Below the pieces are notes generated by a model. The model was not told the DNA's origin. It saw only the letters and a program-made list of their open reading frames with translations, and did not search any database. The position numbers were made by a program, and so were the translations under genes. DNA of 63,619 nt, counting the filler. It is 4 parts of 4 records of this genome, joined end to end, with 100 filler letters (N's around TTAATTAATTAA, not from the genome) between each part and the next. Parts side by side here need not be neighbours in the genome. Positions count along the whole stretch, not along the records: positions 1 to 17,271 come from SRR20825019_2749; positions 17,372 to 45,322 come from SRR20825019_2751; 2 more parts are not named here. One strand, written 5' to 3'. Below, piece after piece: positions 11,459-18,151 of the stretch; position 1 is the first letter of the stretch; each line of letters begins with the position of its first letter.

Positions 11459-12697
11459 ATGCACCGAGTCCTGCTGGTCAGTTTGATCTTTCTTCTGGGA
11501 GGCGCGCGCGCGGTTGCCACGGAATGGCCGCTGCTCGCGGGCGGACTGGAGGGGGATTTTCGGATGCGTGTTTTGTCGGGGGCTCCGCCGATCAAGTGGA
11601 AGTTGGAGGCAAACGATGCCAGACCCTCAGAGAATCGAATGCTCTTCAGTGCTCATGCGAGCGGATTGGATATGCGACTGCTGGTGGTGTTACCCCGGGA
11701 TGGTTCGGAGGGACGCTGGGAACTTGAGGAAGCCCGGTTCGATGTTTCACGGTGGTGGTCGTATCTCGTCAATTCGGGATTCCTGAAAGGCATGCCTGAA
11801 GATTTGAAGCTGACCGGGGAAGTGCTCCTCGCGGGGCAAGGGACATTGCGTGGGATGCAACCCGAGGGAAAAATCACTTTCACACTGCCCGCCGGCTCGC
11901 TCGCCAGTGTCGCGCAGAAATGGAAGGTGCCGCATTTGATCATGAATGGTCGCGTGACGCTGACCGATGCCGTGCCTGTGCTCGATACGCTGTCGTTGAC
12001 GGCCCCTCGCGCCGAAGTGCTGGGGTTTATTCTGGAGAGTATTCAGGCGAGAGCGGGCGGTGAAACGCCAGATCAGTTGCGCGTGTTGGAACTCAGATTC
12101 GGCATGCTTGGCGGCCGGATTGAGGTGCAACCCTTTTCGCTGGATCTGCAACAGCCGGTGATTGCGGCGATCGTGGAGTTGCAGGATGTGGCGCTGTCGG
12201 AACTCGCTGCGTTGGTGCCCGAGGCTTTGAGTTCGGCTGAAGGCCGGCTCAATGGAGCCTTGGAAATCGGCTGGAGTGCCTCGATGGGAGTGCAGGCAGG
12301 GAAGGGGGCGCTGCATTTGTCCCAAGACAGTTCGACATCTTTATATCTCGCCGCGACGCCGGGATTTTTAACGCAACATGCCCCCAAAAAAATTCAGTGG
12401 CTGCCGTCGATGTTGGGAGCACTGGCAGAAAGGCTTGCGCTGGAAAATCCGGCTTTCGAGACGTTGCAAAAAATCGAAATGGGGGAGATGGGATTGACGG
12501 TCGATACGCTGGATGTGGCCCTTTATCCCGATGGACCCGACGGCTCGGTTTCGGCCCGGGTGGCGGTATCGGCGCGACCCAGTGATCGCAGTTTTGTCGA
12601 AGAAGTGAGTTTTGATGTCTCCGTGACCGGGCCACTCAAAGACGTTCTGCTGCTGAGCGCCGATGATCGTGTGAAGATCGGGGTTAAATCAAAGTGA
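11459..12697 (+). CDS. YdbH-like intermembrane lipid transport protein (short form)
   Basis: Signal peptide, amphipathic beta-strand pattern, MLGGRIEVQPF and AEGRLNG motifs; precedes YnbE- and YdbL-like genes. Confidence 0.65.
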   Translation: MHRVLLVSLIFLLGGARAVATEWPLLAGGLEGDFRMRVLSGAPPIKWKLEANDARPSENRMLFSAHASGLDMRLLVVLPRDGSEGRWELEEARFDVSRWWSYLVNSGFLKGMPEDLKLTGEVLLAGQGTLRGMQPEGKITFTLPAGSLASVAQKWKVPHLIMNGRVTLTDAVPVLDTLSLTAPRAEVLGFILESIQARAGGETPDQLRVLELRFGMLGGRIEVQPFSLDLQQPVIAAIVELQDVALSELAALVPEALSSAEGRLNGALEIGWSASMGVQAGKGALHLSQDSSTSLYLAATPGFLTQHAPKKIQWLPSMLGALAERLALENPAFETLQKIEMGEMGLTVDTLDVALYPDGPDGSVSARVAVSARPSDRSFVEEVSFDVSVTGPLKDVLLLSADDRVKIGVKSK

Positions 12698-12727
12698 GAT
12701 GAAACCTGCATTGCGCTTTGTGGTCTA

Positions 12728-12925
12728 ATGTTTCTGATGAATTCCATGCTTCGCCGAATCCCTGTGTTCCTCCTGTTGCCAATCCTGGGTGGTTGTATTC
12801 ATGTGAAGATGGATCCGATCAAAGTGCACGCGACCGTGGATGTGAATGTGAAGGTGGATCGCGCGTTGGATGATTTTTTCGGCGATCTCGATTTGAAATC
12901 CACGACCATTTCCAAGGACTCCTAA
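12728..12925 (+). CDS. YnbE-like small lipoprotein
   Basis: Lipobox LGGC, PIKV..VDVNVKVD pattern, position in operon. Confidence 0.75.
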   Translation: MFLMNSMLRRIPVFLLLPILGGCIHVKMDPIKVHATVDVNVKVDRALDDFFGDLDLKSTTISKDS

Positions 12926-12938
12926 CCCCGTCGTTATC

Positions 12939-13313
12939 ATGAAACTTTCTCTACGTGTATTCAGTCTCTGCTGTCTTTTCCTCGGTGCACTCAGCCCGGC
13001 ACTCTATGCTCAGGATATGGGGGCCCTCCGCGATCGGATGGTCGAGCGCCTCGGCTCCTTGGATTCGCTGAAAGCGTCGGGAGCTATTGGGGAAAACAAC
13101 CAAGGTTTTGTGGAGGTCCGCGAAAATGAAGGCAATGCGGCCTCCGTCGTCGCTGCGGAGAACGCGGACCGTGAAACGGTTTACGCGATGATCGCGAAGC
13201 AGCAAGGTGCCACCGCCTCACAGGTCGGCCAAGCTCGCGCCCGCCAAATTGCCACCGGCAGCGCTTCGGGAGTTTGGCTGCAGAGCGCCAACGGCACTTG
13301 GTATCAAAAGTAG
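12939..13313 (+). CDS. YdbL (DUF1318) family protein
   Basis: GAIGENNQGF, ENADRETVYAMIA, GVWLQ..GTW motifs. Confidence 0.85.
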   Translation: MKLSLRVFSLCCLFLGALSPALYAQDMGALRDRMVERLGSLDSLKASGAIGENNQGFVEVRENEGNAASVVAAENADRETVYAMIAKQQGATASQVGQARARQIATGSASGVWLQSANGTWYQK

Positions 13314-13338
13314 GAATCTCCCAAAGCGGAAGAGGCGG

Positions 13339-13974
13339 CTAGCCTGTGGGTTTGTCGCCGGATTTCGGGCCCGTTGCATTTCGCGTGGGGAGTTCCAGAT
13401 CGTTTCCTGTCATGACGGCAATGGCCAAAGGCAGCCCGAGTGCCATGACGGAGGGAATCAACCACATCGGTTTTACCTCAAGCACAAAGCCGATCAGTGC
13501 TACCGCGCCCATACTCATGATGAAGAAACCCTGAAAATTGCGAAAGGCGAAGAGCCCGGTGAGACCGATGATCAGTCCACCCAGCCCGACTTGCCAAGTG
13601 GTGAGCGCAACTATCAGACCGATGAGGTAGCCAATGGGTGCGAGCATCACTTTCTCATCACGTCGAGTATAGGTCTGTCCCCAGATAGCTACCGTGATCA
13701 GTCCAAGGAAGAGACAATATTCCGGCACCGCCGTGAGGTTCCAATAGATGGAATCCAGGCCGAAAGCCTGTTTAAGCAAGAATCCGCCGAGCAGTCCGCG
13801 CACCGGATCGATCCATAGCACCGGAACCCACCACCAAGGGCGGAAGCGAGAGCTGTTCTCCAGACTTTGAAAACAGTCAAAACTACGCAGTTGCACCGCG
13901 GATGACAGGAGTCGGTCCGCCGGGTAAAACAGCAGTAACATCCCCGGCACGAATAGACTCCAGTAAATTGTCAT
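13339..13974 (-). CDS. Integral membrane protein, possibly a degenerate PlsY-fold protein
   Basis: 211 aa, about 7 hydrophobic segments, IDPVRG at the position of the PlsY D.LKG motif. Confidence 0.6.
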   Translation of the reverse strand: MTIYWSLFVPGMLLLFYPADRLLSSAVQLRSFDCFQSLENSSRFRPWWWVPVLWIDPVRGLLGGFLLKQAFGLDSIYWNLTAVPEYCLFLGLITVAIWGQTYTRRDEKVMLAPIGYLIGLIVALTTWQVGLGGLIIGLTGLFAFRNFQGFFIMSMGAVALIGFVLEVKPMWLIPSVMALGLPLAIAVMTGNDLELPTRNATGPKSGDKPTG

Positions 13975-14145
13975 TGAACTCCTAACAATCCGAGTGGAGG
14001 TGGGAATAGTCCACCGTCATCGGCAATCCGCGCGAGGCACTCTCCTAACCGACTTCCCCGTGAGCCGCTTCCGGCAGTAATAGTCTAGGCGAAGATGACC
14101 TTCCCGTGATTGACGCGCGGGGGTGTGCGGGCCATCACCTTGGCT

Positions 14146-15705
14146 ATGCCTGAATCATCCGCCCCGGTCGCGTCGAAACGCGGCGTGTTCCAGCGTTTAC
14201 TCGATGCGATTGAATGGGTGGGCAATGCCCTGCCGAATCCCGCGACTCTCTTTGCGCTGCTGGCCGGTGTTGTCGTCCTGTTGTCAGGTCTGCTTCACGC
14301 CATGGGCGTCGAGGTCGTCAATCCCGCCACAAAGGAAACGGTGGGCGTGGTCAGTTTGATGACGGTGGAAGGGCTGCACCGGATGCTCATGAATGCAGTC
14401 ACGAATTTTTCCGGATTCGCACCCATCGGCACGGTGCTGGTGGCGATCCTCGGGATCGCGGTGGCGGAATCGTCGGGTCTGATTGGAGCGGTCCTGCGGG
14501 TCACCGTGAGCAAGGCGCCTCCGGCGGCCCTCACGGCCGTGATCGTGTTTGCCGGAATCATGTCCAACGTCGGCAGTGATGTCGGTTACGTGCTGCTCAT
14601 TCCGCTGGCTGGAGCGGTCTTCGCCGCAGTGGGACGACATCCGCTCGCTGGAATCGCGGCCGGGTTTGCCGGGGTCTCCGGTGGATTCAGTGCGAACCTG
14701 CTCCCCGGCACCGTCGACGTGTTGCTGGGAGGGATAACTCAGGAATCCGCCCGCTTGCTGGTGGCCGACTACACTGTTTTGCCGACGGCGAACTACTACT
14801 TCATGTTCGTGGCCACCTTTTTTGTGACCATTGCCGGCACCTGGATTACCGAACGCGTCGTCGAGCCGCGCTTACAAGGCAGCGAAGGGATGTCGAAGGA
14901 AGCCTCGCAAGTGCAGACCTTGAATCAGGCGGAAAAGAGAGGACTGCTTTATGCCGGTCTGGCCACCCTCGTCCTCACGGTGATTGTCGTGTGGGGGATC
15001 CTGCCGTTTGGATCAATCAGCGGAGCGGGCTTCCTGCTCGATCCGGCCAATCCGGTCTTCACGTCTTCGATTTTCATGCGGGGTATCGTGGTCTTTATCT
15101 GTATCTCGGGGATTATTCTCGGTGTCGCCTACGGAGTCGGGGCGGGCACCGTGAAGAGCGACCATGATGTCATCGCCGGGATGTCCAGATCGATGGCGAC
15201 GATGGGTTCTTATCTCGTGCTGATGTTCTTCTGTGCCCAGTTTGTGAACTACTTCGCATGGACGAATCTCGGCACGATCACCGCCGTAACAGGAGCGGAA
15301 CTCCTGCAGGCCTCGGGTTTGGGAGCCGCCCCGCTGACCGTTTCGGTGATCTTCTTCACGGCCTTTATTAATATATTCATCGGCAGTGCTTCGGCGAAGT
15401 GGACTCTCCTTGGTCCGGTGCTGGTGCCGATGTTCATGCTGGTAGGCTATTCGCCGGAGTTTGTGCAGGCCGCTTATCGGGTGGGGGACAGTTGCACCAA
15501 TATCATCACTCCGCTGATGGTTTACTTTCCGCTCGTGCTGACCTTTGCCCAGAAATACGCCCCGAAAACCGGGATCGGCACCCTGATCTCCGTGATGATG
15601 CCGTATTCCATCGGCTTCATGATTATCTGGTCGCTGCTTCTCGTGCTGTGGATCTTCACCGGTTGGCCCCTCGGTCCCGACGCTCCGATGTTTATCACGC
15701 TGTGA
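14146..15705 (+). CDS. AbgT family transporter
   Basis: GNALPNP, GRHPLAG, VSGGFSAN, SASAKW, YRVGDSCTNIITP, WPLGP. Confidence 0.95.
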   Translation: MPESSAPVASKRGVFQRLLDAIEWVGNALPNPATLFALLAGVVVLLSGLLHAMGVEVVNPATKETVGVVSLMTVEGLHRMLMNAVTNFSGFAPIGTVLVAILGIAVAESSGLIGAVLRVTVSKAPPAALTAVIVFAGIMSNVGSDVGYVLLIPLAGAVFAAVGRHPLAGIAAGFAGVSGGFSANLLPGTVDVLLGGITQESARLLVADYTVLPTANYYFMFVATFFVTIAGTWITERVVEPRLQGSEGMSKEASQVQTLNQAEKRGLLYAGLATLVLTVIVVWGILPFGSISGAGFLLDPANPVFTSSIFMRGIVVFICISGIILGVAYGVGAGTVKSDHDVIAGMSRSMATMGSYLVLMFFCAQFVNYFAWTNLGTITAVTGAELLQASGLGAAPLTVSVIFFTAFINIFIGSASAKWTLLGPVLVPMFMLVGYSPEFVQAAYRVGDSCTNIITPLMVYFPLVLTFAQKYAPKTGIGTLISVMMPYSIGFMIIWSLLLVLWIFTGWPLGPDAPMFITL

Positions 15706-15722
15706 GGAGGATTCCTTTTCAG

Positions 15723-15788
15723 CTCCATCGATTCAGGTCAGACACGACCGGGCGCAGCCCGGTCGTTGTCTGTGTCGACTGGATGGGC
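15723..15788 (-). other. attC site (terminal), ATC/GAT core
   Basis: Minus strand: GCCCATC-cagtc-GACACAGA-caacgaccggg ctgcg cccggtcgtg-TCTGACC-tgaatc-GATGGAG; canonical box spacing and an extra unpaired base. Confidence 0.85.
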
Positions 15789-15793
15789 CGTCT

Positions 15794-16321
15794 TCATGTG
15801 GGCCAAGCAACGTCCTTTCGGGTCCGAAGCTCAAACTCGAAACGGCTTTCTTGAAAGGCCGACTCGCCTGCAATGCGCCAGCGAACGACTACGACAAGAC
15901 GCTTCGCATGCACAAATTCATCGGCGCGAACCACGCCATGCTCTACGATGCGATCTCGCGCCAGCCAGACATCAGGGGAGAGTGGTTCTGGCGTCAGAAT
16001 GCGCTTCAGGTTTAACTCTTTCTTCTCGTCGGTATCGGGCGCAGACAACACCACCGACTCTATCTCGATCTTCTTTGCGCTGCGGCTACAGATATAGAGA
16101 TGGCCTTCAGGCGAGTAACCAGGCCAGAACTTCGTGAAATCCGGCACTAGCAAGGTTGCTCCATCGAACTGAGTGCCCGATGGCAACTTGGGATCGGGCA
16201 ATTCCCACCTTAGCCCCTCACGGAGGCCATGTGTGGGCGAATGCACGAACGCATGAACATCGACAATCTTGCAGCCGGACAGCATTAGCACACAGGCAAG
16301 TAACGGTAGCGAACTCTTCAT
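15794..16321 (-). CDS. Cassette C: hypothetical lipoprotein
   Basis: MKSSLPLLACVLMLSGC lipobox; ATG 8 nt after R' GATGGGC. Confidence 0.8.
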   Translation of the reverse strand: MKSSLPLLACVLMLSGCKIVDVHAFVHSPTHGLREGLRWELPDPKLPSGTQFDGATLLVPDFTKFWPGYSPEGHLYICSRSAKKIEIESVVLSAPDTDEKKELNLKRILTPEPLSPDVWLARDRIVEHGVVRADEFVHAKRLVVVVRWRIAGESAFQESRFEFELRTRKDVAWPT

Positions 16322-16329
16322 CTTTGTTT

Positions 16330-16437
16330 GCCCATCGTTAAAAGTGAGACACGCCGTCAAGGAGGTGTGAAATGAATCCTGGGCCTCGCGATAAAAAGGA
16401 CAACGCCAACGGCGTTGTCTCTACTGGCTGGTTGGGC
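16330..16437 (-). other. attC site, R'' GCCCAAC / R' GATGGGC
   Basis: GCCCAAC-cagcc-AGTAGAGA-caacgccgt...acggcgtg-TCTCACT-tttaac-GATGGGC; L''/L' pair perfectly except for one extra base. Confidence 0.92.
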
Positions 16438-16461
16438 ACTTCTAATGAATCGACTGCTGAA

Positions 16462-16761
16462 TTACACATCGTCTGTAAGTCCGTGCCTCATTGCGGTAAG
16501 GTGATTGGCATAATCCGCCCTCGTATGGCTATTGATGTCCAATCGCTTTTTCTTAGCCCAAGCGATCAGCATATCTACATCCACGTAAGTCTTATGGACA
16601 GTGTGACCCCTGCTTTCGAGGTCCTTAACAGTCTCTTCGGCTTTCGAAAGCCATTCTGAATAGTGCCCGGCCATAGATGTGCGGTCCTTGCTGTAATTGC
16701 GCAGCTTTTCCCATTGATGCTCATAATACCAAGCCACCCCTAATTCGGAATTATCGTTCAT
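16462..16761 (-). CDS. Cassette B: 99-aa hypothetical cytoplasmic protein
   Basis: ORF MNDNSELGVAWY... starts 13 nt after R' GTTGGGC and stops before the attC; lower GC than host genes. Confidence 0.8.
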   Translation of the reverse strand: MNDNSELGVAWYYEHQWEKLRNYSKDRTSMAGHYSEWLSKAEETVKDLESRGHTVHKTYVDVDMLIAWAKKKRLDINSHTRADYANHLTAMRHGLTDDV

Positions 16762-16774
16762 CGTGAAATTTGAT

Positions 16775-16835
16775 GCCCAACGATTACGATGAGCCACGGC
16801 CGCTTGCGGCCGTTGGCTCGGGCAGCTGGATGGGC
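16775..16835 (-). other. attC site, R'' GCCCATC / R' GTTGGGC
   Basis: GCCCATC-cagct-GCCCGAGC-caacggccgc aa gcggccgtg-GCTCATC-gtaatc-GTTGGGC. Confidence 0.88.
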
Positions 16836-17227
16836 ATCTGGTAGACCTCCCACTCGCTGACGGTCCCGTCAAAATCCCCGCTGCCTGTGCCATCCTTCTT
16901 CATGCCAATCGTCGTGCTCAATGCGCGAACCTGGTAGCCATCGATAGGGTAGCTGACCAAAACAGTTCCGTTCTGGTATTGAATCACTTCCTTATGCCAC
17001 TTGCGAAATGGCGAGAGGTCACTTACGACAAGCGAACCAGTCTGGGGTATTCGATACACCAAGAAACCTTCTTCTCTGGCCGGATGGACACCCACATTGC
17101 GCTGCAACGTAATCGAGAAGCGTCCGACGAAACCATCAGGCAAGACAATCTTGACTGGGGTTCCGCTTCGGTGACAGCCAGCCGTGAAGAGCATGCAAAC
17201 GAGAAGGAGCTTGGTGAGACCGGTCAT
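16784..17227 (-). CDS. Cassette A: hypothetical lipoprotein
   Basis: MTGLTKLLLVCMLFTAGC lipobox, IVLPDGFVG motif; reads through its own attC. Confidence 0.8.
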   Translation of the reverse strand: MTGLTKLLLVCMLFTAGCHRSGTPVKIVLPDGFVGRFSITLQRNVGVHPAREEGFLVYRIPQTGSLVVSDLSPFRKWHKEVIQYQNGTVLVSYPIDGYQVRALSTTIGMKKDGTGSGDFDGTVSEWEVYQMPIQLPEPTAASGRGSS

Positions 17228-17235
17228 CTTTCTTC

Positions 17236-17271
17236 GCCCATCGCTAAAGCTGAGCCGCGACGGCCAGCGAA
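17236..17271 (-). other. Partial attC (3' half), R' GATGGGC
   Basis: ...gtcgcg-GCTCAGC-tttagc-GATGGGC-gaagaaag-ATG; cut by contig end. Confidence 0.75.
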
Positions 17272-17371
17272 NNNNNNNNNNNNNNNNNNNNNNNNNNNNN
17301 NNNNNNNNNNNNNNNTTAATTAATTAANNNNNNNNNNNNNNNNNNNNNNNNNNNNNNNNNNNNNNNNNNNN
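17272..17371. other. Artificial contig linker
   Basis: N44-TTAATTAATTAA-N44, stops in all six frames. Confidence 0.99.
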
Positions 17372-18052
17372 GCTGCCGCCAAGAAGGCTGAGGAGGAGGC
17401 TGAGGCCGCCAAGAAGGCCGAGATTGCTACCGCCACTGCCAAGGCGTCCGAGGATGCAGATTTCAACGCCATCGCCGAGGCCGTGCGTAAGGCACGTGAG
17501 GCCGCGGTGAAGAAGGCAGAGGAGGCACGTGCCGCTGCTGCCAACGTTGTTGTATCCGCCGAGGAGTTTGAGGACCTCTCCAAGTCCTACAACGTAGAGT
17601 ACAAGGCCCGTATGAAGGAATCACTAGATACTAAGGACGCTGATCTGTCCGAAATGGTTGCCTTCAGGCCCTTCATTGGCTTCTCTCTCGCCGAGATGAA
17701 GACTGGGCTTATTGTCGACTCAATCTTTGTTGGTGGACCAGCCCACCAGGTTGGACTTCGACCCAAGGACAAAATCAAGTGGTTCGGTTCCGAGGCCACC
17801 GTCCCCACTACCCTAGTCACCATGCGTGAGGCTATTGCCAAGAACTGTGTGACCGGGCGCCTGACCAAGGTTGCCTTTGAAAAGAACGGGGGTAGCGACA
17901 TCATCGTAGCCAACGTGTGGGTCATGACATCGGAGGCCAAGGCCGCTGGAAAGCCGTATTATTTCGACTCAGCTAAGGGAACTAGGGAGACAGTAGATAA
18001 CGTGGGCTCACCTGTCAAGGCTGCCCCTGGAGGTAAGAAGAATAAGAAGTAG
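17372..18052 (+). CDS. 5'-truncated Ala/Glu/Lys-rich coiled-coil protein with a C-terminal PDZ-like domain
   Basis: Open frame from contig start; FIGFSL..LIVDSIFVGGPAHQVGLRPKDKI. Confidence 0.75.
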   Translation, partial: AAAKKAEEEAEAAKKAEIATATAKASEDADFNAIAEAVRKAREAAVKKAEEARAAAANVVVSAEEFEDLSKSYNVEYKARMKESLDTKDADLSEMVAFRPFIGFSLAEMKTGLIVDSIFVGGPAHQVGLRPKDKIKWFGSEATVPTTLVTMREAIAKNCVTGRLTKVAFEKNGGSDIIVANVWVMTSEAKAAGKPYYFDSAKGTRETVDNVGSPVKAAPGGKKNKK

Positions 18053-18151
18053 AACGTTACACATATGGGCGCAACAATTTGAACTGTATACTTTGATTTA
18101 TTATGTCTATTTGGTTGTTGTGCTTTATTGTTTTTCATATTTAATTAGTCA

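Larger units (their letters stand above)
15723..17271 (-). mobile_element. Integron gene cassette array (3 complete cassettes, 4 attC sites; truncated by contig end, no intI visible)
   Basis: Small co-oriented ORFs, each starting 8-13 nt after an R' box and followed by an attC-structured imperfect palindrome. Confidence 0.9.

Noticed and set aside
15723-17271. attC hairpins read as terminators or a CRISPR array
   Set aside because: They lack U-tracts, are not identical repeats, and are separated by whole genes; box spacing and bulged bases fit attC.
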